Origin: Setoptus koraiensis
Lineage: Eukaryota > Animalia > Arthropoda
NCBI GenBank assembly: GCA_048013815.1
Contig: CM106585.1
Coordinates: 21,390,001-21,454,000 of the forward strand
Direction of reading: 5' to 3'
Length of the DNA: 64,000 bases
This document shows, piece after piece, positions 1 to 12,600 of this stretch (positions within the stretch are counted from its first letter, which is position 1; each line of letters starts with the position of its first letter). The notes beneath the pieces were generated by a model, which worked only from the letters and a program-made list of their open reading frames with translations, ran no database searches and was not told the origin of the DNA. The position numbers were made by a program, and so were the translations under genes.

Positions 1-68
1 ATGGCTTGGCCGCAGGGGCCGACTTTACATCGAAAGAATGCGCCATTCCGGAATTCCTCTTCTCTTAT
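1..68 (-). CDS. Possible first coding exon of a gene running off the left edge (MAHSFDVKSAPAAKP..., ATG at 46-44; an alternative open frame reads IREEEFRNGAFFRCKVGPCGQA)
   Basis: An 83-nt GTGAGT...TGCAATAG intron-like segment (151-69, minus strand) precedes it and is similar in size to the introns inferred elsewhere in this window. No recognisable domain. Confidence 0.25.
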   Translation of the reverse strand, partial: MREEEFRNGAFFRCKVGPCGQA

Positions 69-2970
69 CTATTGCACAGTATTATACTGTCAGTATATTA
101 CACTGGGCACAACTGACTTGCGAGCAGAAAGGGACACTCTCTGAGACTCACCGGCGGCCGGCTGTGTTTTTTTTCTGGGAAAAAACTTGCACGTTCGGGC
201 ACGAGGCATTGTTGTCGCCATGTTATCGTGTTAATGCGCGCGCGTCTTATAACGTTAACGCGAACCGGTGTACCGATCGGTATCGACACCAACTGATGTA
301 CAACGTATGTACAATATACGTATAATGTAGAGAGTTCCGGGAAAATCGAGCGCTGCTCGAATAATTACGGCGCTCGCGCTTGCCGGTTCAGCCGGCCTGG
401 ATGTTAGCGGGGGGCCCCTCGAGAAATCACGGCCAGTATTGGCGGGAGAAATGCGAGGGCGCCGCTTGAGCCCGTTCAGTCGATTTCGGCGGTGCGTCGC
501 TGGTGCGCCGATGGTGCAAGCCGGCGAGCCGGACCAACGAACCTGTCCTGTCCTATTCTGTCGGATTACTATGCTAATGAGAGCCACGAGATTAACGCAG
601 CAATTAGAGCTCACTCACAGAGGTATACCCTGGCAAGGGGTGCTGTTGCGACGGGCACGGGCACGGGCGGCGGCGGGGCACGGCGCCACGGCGCGGCAGT
701 GTATCGAAATCATTAGTAAAGTATAAATTATACTCGCGCAATCGTTATCCAACCGATGGTCGGCCCCAAGAGATAACTAGCGACGACACAATCTCAGCTG
801 CTGTGTCCGCGCTGCCGACCGGCTCACTTTGGCCTGCCGAGGCGCGGGCCCCTTTTGCAATTTCAGCCCGGCGGCCGGGCAACTTGGGGTTGGGCGGCGG
901 CCATTTTCGCTACTTGCTCATTCCTGTTTAGTGTTTTGCTTTTTTGGCCGGCGCGTTGGCCTGAGTTCCATTGTCATTAGTGGCTCGAGTCAACACAACG
1001 GCCACTGACAGTGCCAACAACGACAAGACGGATTGCCCTGTTGAGATTGATTAAGAACTCGCGCGGGGCCCCTCGCGGGCCCAGCCGGCCAGACAGGCTA
1101 CACTCGCCAGAGCAGCGCTGACACAAACTGACACTCGGCCAGCCAGACTTATCCACTTAGCCGACTGGTTGGCCCGCAGTGGGGCCCCGCTTGGCCCCAG
1201 CGGCTCGCTGACGGCGAGGTGTTCGCCGCTCGCTGTGTGTGTGTGTGCCGATCAATCAGAGAGAGAGAGAGAGAAAGAGAGAGAATCGGCCCGCCAGTGC
1301 GCGCTACTTCGGGCCACTGCTCGTTTGTGGCGGGCCCATTTATAACTCGGCCGCTGGCCTCTGCTCGCTCAACTCAATGTAACAACGCGTAGATGTTGCC
1401 CGGCCGCGCGCACCCCCGGCGCGGGCCACTCGAATGCGCGCCGCGCGCGGGCCCCTCGACGCTTATCTGGCGCGCCGCGTTTCCGATGAGCGCGCATTCA
1501 ATCTGGCGAACAGAATTAAATTAGGGGCTGCGTTTTGGTGTTTGGCCACTCTGTTACTTTTTTGCTATCTGTCCGTCCGTCTGTCTATCTCATTCTTATT
1601 CTCGGATGCACACTTAATGACCACACCACTATCCCAAATACGGGCCCCAGCGGCGGCGGCGCCAGCAGTTGAGCGGGGCCCCCTCCCGTTGGCAGCGTCG
1701 GCAGCACAGTTTGCATCGGCTTGCCAACTCACACTGTGTGACTCACGCAGCCAGTTACGTAACAAAGTATCATCAAGACACAGCGCCATTATTATTGTTG
1801 TTGCGCGTGCCGCGTTGTGATGGCTCGTGGGGCCCCGCAAAGGTATGCACAGGGGACGCCCGGCTGCTAATCAACTAAAACTCATTAATATTTGCGCAAA
1901 GCGCTCGCTGATTAAGCAGTGATCCAGTTGCGCGATCTCATTTGTTGCTCTCTCGTCACCCGTGCCAACGATGTAGCGGGCCGCTATTTGTATATTAGCC
2001 TCCGCTGTCCGCATGAGATAAGATAAGAAGCCTTTGCAGCCTTGATCACAGTTGGCCGGCCCGCTAAGTCCGGGCCGGCCGCCGGTTCCACAGTGTATGC
2101 ACTGAATGCAGCCGGCCGCTGCATTCAATCTTCCGCTTTCGTTGTTGTTGTTGTTGTTGTTGCTGTTTGTATCAGTGAGCGTCCGCCGATAAGCGAATTG
2201 ACGGCGCAGCGAAATCTAAGGGGGCCCGCAATTCAATTCTTGTCGGCCCAGCGCAGCGAAATAAGCGCACCAAACAGAAGAAATATTAACTAGCGAGCCG
2301 GCTAAAGGCAAATAAATAACGTCGCTCATATCTCATCTGGCCAGACAGGGCGCCGCCACACTCGCCGGCCGCAAATAAGTAGAGCCAAGGGATAAATTGA
2401 GCCACGCGAATAGTGGCCACTTGTCGTCCGATCTTTGACTGTAATTATTTATGCACTGACCCAGTGGCATTGTTTGTCACTTGTCTGGGGGCCAGTTGCA
2501 AGTGGCCGAGACAAGTTTGCGCCCCGCGTGCCACCTAATCAATCTTTTCACAAGGCAATGCCCAACGAACAAGTGGGGCCCTCTCACGGGCTCTTATGCG
2601 GACCGAACCGGATCAGATTGTTGACCAAGTGACAGTTTTGTGCGCAGAGGAAGTGACGCACTGTGGCTCTGTTCTATTATTAAGCGCGGGCCCCCCAGCG
2701 AGCACAATAGTCCGACAGTAGACTCTACTACTGAGTAGAGTATCGCGAAGTGGGCGCGTCCGTCTGGCGGCCGAAGTTAGAATTAGGCACACACACACAA
2801 GAACGTGGCCATTGATTCAGTTTGGATAGATTTAGTGTGGATAGACGGACAGGTCTGGTTTGGCGACAGCAACCCTGTAAGTGTCGCCATAAAACCGGGT
2901 GCGCCCCAATTTGCCAATTGGGCGCAACCGATTTTATTATCGCGCTCCGTCTGTTTGCTGTGGCGCGGAC

Positions 2971-3034
2971 GTTGCCATTGGTTGCCGTTGGTTGCCGGTG
3001 GTTGCCGGTGGTTGCCGGTGGTTGCCGTTGGTTG
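2971..3034. repeat. 10-bp tandem repeat (GTTGCCRKTG) x~6.4
   Basis: gttgccattg gttgccgttg gttgccggtg x3 gttgccgttg gttg. Confidence 0.95.
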
Positions 3035-6000
3035 TGGGCTCGCCCGACTGGCGGCCGAAAACTGGCCCCAATCAGGCGAGCCCGCAGCACTCTTGATTTG
3101 AGTTGAGGTATTGGACAATTGCCACTGCATGACATTATAATAACAATAACCGTTATTATTAGCGCCGCCACTAACTAGCTCGCCAGTTTGGCCAGTTTGG
3201 CCAGTTTGGCCGGTTTGGCCGCCAGCTCCAGAGCCCGATGACGGCTCGCCAACGAGTCTCTCCGTTGAGCCACTTGGTGGCCGACAAGCGACGGTAGCTC
3301 GCGGATGAGGCCCGTGTCGCACGGCCGCTACCGCGGGCCCAACATTCTGGCTTGGTATGTTAATGTATGCACCACACAACGGGCGCTATCGCGGGCCCCA
3401 AACATTCGAGGCGCCCCGAACACTGTGAGTGTAGCGCGTGTGCGGGCGCCTAGCTCCGTTCGCGCACTTGAGCAAGCAGCCTGTCAGGTTTGTGTGTCGC
3501 GAAGCCGATAATTGCAAGTAATGATGCAGCAATAAATATAATGCTGCTTACATAATATACATCTATGGCGCCCCTGGTGAGTGTGAGAATCTCACACGCT
3601 GCCATCGGTCCGATCATTAGACTGCAATCATTGGCAACCAATGCCATTGCTCCAATGGCGACTAGTTAAAGGTCGCGCCACAATTGGCCACAAGCGTTGG
3701 GCAGCGGCGAGTCGCGAACGCACCTATGCTCACCGTAGCACGGCGGCCATGGCGCGCCACGGTGCGGCGACGGGCAGCTTGCTTTTTAAGCGCCACCATC
3801 CGCACCACCGTTACAGTAGCCGGTTACAGCGCGCACAGGTAGCGGGTAAACGGGCATTAGCGCGGGTAATTTTAGATTTAGACTCTGGCGGCCTTGAGAG
3901 CAAACGAGGGTTCGAGGGGCCATCATCGCGCCCATTATCATCATCATAATCATAATCACGCGTGCAGCCGCACGCGAATTCCGCTCTCGCCGACTCATCT
4001 GATTATGATTTAGGTTACAAGTTTCGCCCGTGGCCCCCTCTCGGCGCACTCGCACACAACAATGGACGAGGGTGGCGCCATTTCATTTCATTAACGTGCC
4101 TGACACACACATCAAAATCAGCGCTTGCCCGTGATCATGAATATCATGGCGAGCTGCCCGTTGGCCGGCCCGGCGCTAATAATCCTTTATCTTGTTGTGT
4201 GTGTTTCGCCCCCCGCGCCCGATCCGCGCGCTCTCTTTTCATTCCGCTCGGATTTTTCCGTTCCTCTGGCCTCTCCGGTCTCTGGTAATGACATACAAAA
4301 TGAACCGATTAGGACAACGCCCCCCCCCTCACGTCCCCCGGCACGGCTGCCAAACAGGGGCCGTCGTGAGCAAACAGGCCGGCGCTCGCAGCGGCAACGG
4401 CCGCGGTTCGGGGCCGCTCGACGGGCCGCTACTGGCGCCCCTCTAGCGACCACAATATTATGGAAATTCAAGCCAATTTGAACAAGATCAATGAACCATT
4501 CACTGACGACGAGCCAGCCAATTGTGAGCCGATGTGGAGCCGGTCGCAACTGGCCGAGCCCAGGCAACAAACAACTTGCTTCCATTTGGCGGGGCCTCTC
4601 AAACTTTTAGCGCGCATATTAAAAAACAACAAAAATAATCTGAATAATTTGTGACTGGTGCATTTCGAACGGGGGGTCATGCGACGGCACGCGTCCGCAC
4701 GGTGCGACAACCAGCGGCCATTCCGATAAATACCTTGTGCGGCCCAACAGAATAACTTGTGTCGATAGACTGAAACCGACTGTCTCTCGCCAACGATTCG
4801 CGCTCGATCGGGGCCCCACAAAATGCGCTCCACTTGACCGAAATGGGCATTTGAGTCGCAGAAACCATCGGTTCGGATCGCTCATGATTCGGCCGAGTGG
4901 CAAGCGGCCGAAAATCGCCTCAGAAGCGGCCGAAAAGCGCCGACAGGCGGCTGGCGACAGAAAGATCTAGTTGGCTTATCGTCAAGCTAATGAGTGCGGC
5001 GCTCTGCTTACTTATTTATTTATGTTTGCGAATCGATCAATTTAATTGGCGCAAACAAACCTGGCGCCGGCGGCTCGCCATTTTTCGCCAGCTTCTCTGG
5101 CAATATTTTCCGCGGCTCCGTTTTGTCGGTTTTGTATGACGGAGCAATTTGGTGAAATAATTTATTTTCGCCTCACAGCTCGCCTCTGTCTTCCGTTGTT
5201 TTTCGCTGTCTTTCGCCTGAAAATGACTGGTCGAAACTGACAGTTTCGCGCTGGCGACGCGACACAACCAGAAATTCTGTTGCACAATTTCGCGCTCGTT
5301 CGGGCTCTGAAATTCACAGTCTGAATGGGCGTTCGGAGCCTCCGAATCGAAGGCAAGAATCGCGCACTCGCGATTCGCTGGCAATTGGCCGGCCAGAGTT
5401 GAGCGCCCGGCTAATTGCAAGCAGTGATTGGTATTTCGACTGCGACCTCGCGAGGCGCTGCCATCGCCGCGCCGTGGCTCAAAGTGCAATTATGTCGCCC
5501 ACCGATGTGCGTCTAGGCGGCCCAGACCTGGCCGCGACCGATCGGCGACCGATCGGCGACCGACTGGCGACCGATCGGAGAACACTCAGTTGTCGACTGT
5601 TTCGTGTGGGGGCGCCCAGCTCTGGTGGCCGTTGGACGGGCCTCGCTAGTGCGCGAAGTTCAGTTTTGCGAGCTCTGTTTAGAGAGTGGACAAATGGCAT
5701 TTTATTTGGGGGTCGCTGGGTGGGTCAGAGAGACAAGTGGGCCGCTTGAGAGGCCCCACTCACAAACAATGCACTCGCCGGCCAGAAGTGGAGAGGTAAC
5801 GGTGAATTGGGGTGCAATTGGCCGTGCCTCCAGCCGACCAAACAATGTTGGCCAGGCCGACCATAAGCTGCACTGGCTGCCAGTGCTGCCGCCTATCTCT
5901 AAATGATGCGGAATTTATTGTATCTGTGATCAGAGAGCTAGGTGATTGGCGCTCGCCAGCAAGCGGCCAGCTCCACTCGGCCAGCCCGAGGGACCGATGG

Positions 6001-6180
6001 CTGGCTGAGGCTGGCGGGCCCCAAAAGATAAATCGATAATCCAGCCGAGTGAGCAGCTAGGCTCTCTCTGATGCGGCTACTTAACGGACTCCATATATCT
6101 GATATGATATGTTTAGTGAGCTGCCACTTCGGCGAGCCATTTTGACCAGTGTCAGATGGGCGCTCGCGTTTGGTTGCCCG

Positions 6181-6238
6181 TGTCCGCTTTTGGCTGGTTG
6201 TGTCCGCTTTTGGCTGGTTGTGTCCGCTTTTGGCTGGT
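6181..6238. repeat. 20-bp tandem repeat (TGTCCGCTTTTGGCTGGTTG) x~2.9
   Basis: Directly visible near-perfect copies. Confidence 0.95.
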
Positions 6239-9200
6239 GCCATCGTGCACCACTGAGAGCTTGATTGTGGGCGCCCCTAATGGCGCCCGTTCGCTCACTC
6301 GCACTTTACAATGAGCTGCAATCCCGACCGGCTCGCAATTATATAAAAGGTTGTTTGTTTGTTTGCGGGTATCGCTGCAAGACGCTGTTATCCAATCGCC
6401 ACCGGAGTAGCCCCACTGGCTCCATTCTTCGCTCGCCCAGTCGGGCCCCCTCAAGCCAACTCGCCACACGGTTCGCGAAGGGCAGGGCACAAACGTCGCG
6501 GGTGCCCGACATGCCCCAATACTCATATGCTGGCCCTTAATGCCGTGTGACGGCTCTGCGATAAAAGCTAGCTTGTGGCTAGAGATGGCAAAAGTTCTGG
6601 CCCAGTTCAATCCGGCCCAATCCGGCCCAATTCGGTCATGATTGTTGGCGCCAACGCGACGTGATGTGGAAATAAACGAGCTGCACTCAGGCAGTTGCGT
6701 GCGACCCGATCGCTCAGCTGCCTGCGTTTTGGGGGGCCCCTTTTTGAGGCCAGCGAGCGACACTGTATATCTGCTGCAGATACATGCAGCGTGCAAATGA
6801 CATAACACAAATATCACAATTTAACGTCACAAATCTCCATGTCTGGCCTCTTTTCTTCGCGCACAGTCAGGCAGATGACGCCATACATAAGGCCGATATG
6901 TGTGAGATATATCGGAGGTGGCCCCTATCGGCGGGCGAAAACAGAGCCCCAACTTGGCCGGCTCAATAAGCTGCCTGGCTGGCGAATCGAGCTAAATCGA
7001 GTCAAGCCGTGAATCGAGCCGCGAGTCAAGTTGAGTCGAGTCGAGTCGAGGAGCAATACATTGTAATGATCTCGTTGAGGCCACTGCCAACTTGTTAGCG
7101 CCAACTGACATCCGACGGGCCCCGCGAAATCATTGGATTGAAACAAAACAAACAGAGACACTGCCAGTGTCACACTGGCCAGACAGACATCGCTGGCGGT
7201 GATAATTTGTCAGTGATAATTTATCTGCGACAAATCGCCTCTGACTAGCAGACTAACGAGCAGACAAACGACAGCGACCCCGCTCAAACGGTCACTTATA
7301 ACAATTATTACCAGGCGGCTCCGCTGGCTTTTTATCCGCTGGCTTTTTATCCGCTGGCAGGTAACAGTGTCCCGAGCATCAATTCAAAACGCGCGATCGA
7401 CACGCCATCAGCCGGCCGCGTGATCGATGCAATCAGATCCGGTGCACACATGCATTCAATCGAGACAACGGGGGCCCGCCACTTGGCGAGCTATTGGGTT
7501 TTTCGCGATCGGAGCATCGACGCTGCTGTTTTTTTCTCGTTTTTTTTCGTTTTTTCGCGGGCCTTTTTCCCGTCCGGCAAGCGAGGGTGTTGGCCTCTCT
7601 GGCCGAGCCAGTGGCAACAGAAGTGCAAGTTGATTCTCTGCGGCCCTGCCGGCAGTGAATTGAATCAAAATAGGGGGCCAGTTTGCATCGTATGTTGCCA
7701 CTGTAAAAACAGTTTTACGCAGCACAATTGACAAGATTGTTAGATCAATTGTTAGATCAATTGTCGATTGTCAATTGTCCGGTGGCACCGGCCCACTGGA
7801 CAATTGAATTTGCCAGTTTGACAGTTTCAGTTCACCTGACAGATGAGAATAAATTATCCACGAGTGCGGCAAGAGGCCGCCAAGAGAGGGCGCACACCCG
7901 ACTGACTGTCACTGTTTGTTGGCACAACCAGTTGGAGGGGGCGCTCTGCAAAAGTGTCACGCACACGGGACAGCATACGGGTCAGGCGACGCCAATCAAC
8001 TGGGCCTCGATATGGTCGGGACGCGCCCGTCTGCATGTCCGCGATATCGACCGTTATACAGCCCGTATACGGCCTGTATATTATAAATCATTTGTAGCGC
8101 AATGATATATCGTTTGTGCCGCAATGATGTATCAATCGCAATACACAAGCCGTAAGCTGAGCGCGCCGAGCTGGGCCCCAACTTGGGCCGAGACTCGGGG
8201 CTCGGCATTTCCCGTTCTGTCGCGCCGACCGCGGGGCCCCCGTTGCCAGCGATCTCTGGCGGCGCTGTGCGTATTTCCGGGAGTGTGTATGTGCAAAATG
8301 TGTCCCATTTTTGGCAAGCGAGTCACGGCACTGAACAATGATGCCCGCACTTGATTTCATTTGATCGCACTCACTGTGCCGCACTGAATTGATTCGCTGG
8401 CCAGTGAACGAGGCCAGAAATTGGCCAGAAATTGGCCACGAGGTAACCAGAAATTGGCCAGAAATTGGCCGGCCGGGCAGCAGCCGGCAGGCACAAAAGG
8501 GGCCCACAGAGAGCGGAGAGAATCAAGTTGATGGCGCCGAGTCGACAGTGTCGAGGCGCCGCTCAAAAGCGCCCCTTCCGGCGGGAACATGCACTGCGTG
8601 CAGGCATGTCCCGTGTGCAAACACATACAATGTTTATACTGGCGGCACACGCACACAACGGCGCAGATATTGACAAAGAAATTATATAAGATTACACCTA
8701 CACTCTTGGGCACGTATTTTTCACGCGCTGCATGCTCCACAAAACAGGCACACGTCGGCCGGCGGCGCGACAATTTCCGGTTTGGAACCGGCGCGAAACT
8801 CAATCAAGCCAATACATGACCAGCACACAATTAGTCTAGCGAGCAAAATGTCTAGCGAGGGGCCCCGTGCGACTCGCTTGTTGTCTCGCGCTGTGTGTCG
8901 TTGTCTGCACGGCGCACGAATCTCATCATCCAATCTGATCTCGTTTGATCATATCGCACCAAACGGAGCAAATGTCCAACGTGCCCGGCTTGGCTGTGTC
9001 ACGATTCTCGGCTCTCAACTCTTAACTCTCGACTCAAGAAATCAATTATCTTTCCAGACTCGCTGTGACTCGCGGCCAGCCCCATGCCCGGCACACAAAC
9101 AACCGCCAGTCGCAAACAATCGTTGCCTTTATCTGCCTCTATCGCCTATTAGGCTACACAAAGACAGTTGTTGCATAATACGAGCGCACAACACAATGTC

Positions 9201-9586
9201 TAGTCATACTTTGAGTCTAGTCACTAGACAAACCAATCCGCATTTTGCATTAACACTCGCAAATGTCGGGCCCCGGGCACAATTACATGATTGTTGGGCC
9301 CGTTGAGCGCGCCGACGAGATGGCGAGCGACACAGAGATAAATAAACGTTTGAGTACGCTTGCCAAGTGCGCCCTCTATGAGCGCATTTAGCTAGTAGAG
9401 GGGCCCACGGGGCCCCCATCAACTAAAAACAAACACGCCAGATGACGCCACAATGGCCTGGTCAACACGTTCGTTACGCAACAACCAAACGTTCGTGGCG
9501 TCATTGTTGACGCGGTCATGGTCTGGTTACCTTGTGTGACGTGCACCACTCAAGACGTTGCCTTTCTTGCGCCCGCGGGGGAGCCT

Positions 9587-9658
9587 CATTTCGCTCATTT
9601 CGCCCGTTTCGCCCATTTCGCCCATTTCGCCCATTTCGCCCATTTCGCTTATTTTGCC
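9587..9658. repeat. 9-bp tandem repeat (CATTTCGCC) x8, degenerate at the ends
   Basis: Directly visible. Confidence 0.95.
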
Positions 9659-12600
9659 CAGATGGCGCGATGGCTGTCAAGCGAGCGGACGCCGCTTCTC
9701 AATCTGGCCAGATATCAGATCAATTTTCAATTATCCGACCACGAGAACAATGAACAGGCGAGCAAGCGAGCCCACAACAAATGACAACTTTGTTTGTTTG
9801 TGTTGCGGGCCCCAAAGATTTCACCGGGCTGATTTAACTGGCCAAATGAGATTGCACCGGCGTCCTCTCGTAGACGATGATGAAATCATTTTGGTGACAC
9901 ACACACACACACTGGCGTCATTGATCAATGAACATATGACTAGCACATGTATATTAATGCGACGCCATTGTACGCCGACGAGATATATATGAGATTAGGC
10001 GACATTGCGTATGGCAGCCGCTAGAGGCGCCCACTAATGCAACTCGATGCAAACTGTCACTAGCGCCCATCATCTGGCTGGCTCGCCAATCGACTCGCCA
10101 GTTTAATATCCGTTGTTGCTCATCGGCAATTCATCCATTCACGCGGCCATGATTTAATCGGGCAGAACAGATGCCAGACGCCAAGCAGCGGACGAAACGT
10201 GCATCAAAATGTATCCAAAATTGATTTGACACACGCACACACACAAGCCAACGGTTAATATCCAGACAGACTTGCCAGCACAATTGTATCACGCTGAGCG
10301 GGCCCCTCGTCGCCCCTGCACCCATCGCGTTACCTGTGCTGGGGCCCGGCTCGGTTTTTCTTGGCCGGCGTCGTCGTCGTCGTCAATTGCAATGCCGGCA
10401 AAACGGCCGGCTCGAAAACAACCGTTCGCACCTGGCGGCGGGCCGAACGGTCGCCAACAGAGGCCCCGCAGCAACTCAAGTTACAAGCCCGTAATTTCGT
10501 CTCGGGCTCACTGATTCCGCATTGACTATGCGTCGCCAGAATGCTGCTGTTGGGATGGGGCGACAAGATGGGCTGGATTTGCTGTCACCATTGAACATTC
10601 GTCGGCTTGTCGGCGGGCCAGACGAATGTTCCGTTTTGGCGAATTCGGTTGGTCGGAGACGCGCCGGACCGTGCGTCTATATTGTTTGGCGCCGCCTGAC
10701 GAGTCTGGCGTGTCTGGTGTGCATTTTTTGGGGCCCATTCTCATGGTGATTGTCACGGATAAACTGGCTAAATCAATAAACTGCGCCCAGTCAACACACA
10801 CACACACACACACACCCATGCGCCTCGTTGATGCTAGTCGACTGGCGCGTCAACACAACAATCGATACGGCAGCGCCAACAACGACCGATGAGGCCCATT
10901 CCGTCAGCGAGAAGCCGACAAACTGGGCCAGACATTCGGTGGTATCGGTGTCACATTTAATGCCATCTTGTATTCATGTCGCCCCAATCAAGTTTTGTGC
11001 CATGTTAATAACATGATGTTATCCACACAGTAATCCGGCGCGCTCATCAAGCGGCTCAATGCGTATGATTCAGTGATTGATCAACGCTGGACATCGAAAC
11101 ACAATGGTTCGGTTGTTGGTTTGGGGCCCGAAACAATGGGGCCGCGTGGCGTAAATCACTTCATACATTCGGCACATTTGACGGCACAAGTCGTGTACTA
11201 CAAGACGTGCCTGGCCACCGAGCCCGAGCGTATTTTGTTTTCTGCCTGACAGTTTTCTCGCCTCGGACGAGACGAATTATCCACCAGAGTTGTACAGGTG
11301 AGCGATGGGCAAAATGAGCGAAAATTGGCGCCAAAATGGGCAAAAATTGGCACTAAAATGGACTATGGGTGCATGCAAATTATGTGCAAATTAGAGCGAG
11401 CCAGCGCGGATTGCCGTGGGTGGCTCGCTCTAATTTGCTCGCTCGCTAGCAGCTAACAGTCGTCTCATGCCGTTAGTAGCCGAAGCTTATGGTGAGAGCC
11501 GATTCTCAAAATCGGATTTTGTGAGCGAGTGAGGCGCCCCTTTTCGCACGCGTGTTTATCCGCTTGTGGGCGCTGTTCGCAGCCCGGTCACACAATAATA
11601 TCGTGACAGTATAGAGCGAGCATAAGGCCGGCCCAAAGTGGGCCCCATTTCGTTTGGGCCCGATGGCTCGCTGATTGTGGGCAAGACACGGCGAGCCATT
11701 GTGCTGCGAGCCCCGGGAATCGTGTCATGATTTTATGGTCTTGGCGCGACACAGCGAGCGTGGCGTATTTGTGGCGAGCTATAAATATATTTCATTTATA
11801 AATATGATGTGTTGGCTGGCACTTACATATTCTTGTGATGCCCAAAATATAAAGGGGCTTCGGCAAATGTTTTAGTTGCTATGTAACTATTATTGTTATT
11901 AGTATCAGTGTGACTATTTGCAACTGAGTCTATTGTCGCTGTTGGGGCCGCCCGGAGTGTCGTGCGTCGGGCATATGAATTATCGTGTTAGCAGCGGCCA
12001 GTGGGCCCCATAGCGGCAATATGTGCAACTTGCAACAACCAAACAACAACGTGACCTGATAATACGCACCAGCACAGGATACTCACGAATTTAACGACGA
12101 CGTGACTAATGATGATAATTCCGTCACATTACCGCCAGATAGCGCCGGCCATCGGCCAGCCAGTCAGCCATTCAGCCAGTGGGGCCAGCGGATCGTCCGA
12201 TGAGGCCCCTGGCCGGCGCTAAACTCGCTGCAACTCGATGGCTTTTCGGCCGCTCGCCGCTATGTTTGTCGGCCGATATTTAACTAGCTGAATATATCAT
12301 TAACACGCCAGATGATATTATCATGGTGACGAGCATAATAATAATAATAATTTATCGTTGCTTGGCTGGGCCCAAGCTTATACTTATTTCGCGCGAATTC
12401 GCTCTCCACTAGCGCCCAGTTATAACTTACAGCACTCAACATGTGACTTTGCCCAGTCACTGGAGTCTAGTGGCCCCTAAATGATGTGGCGCCCACTATG
12501 TCTGCTGTCGTGCACTAATCTAGTGCTGGCACTCGCCAGCGGGGCCCCCACGCACCCCAGCAATAGGCGCGTCTTGCTTGCATTAATTATCACCCGCCGC

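Noticed and set aside
11874-11925. Weak hairpin with a miR-153-like stretch
   Set aside because: The match is interrupted and the stem is poor.
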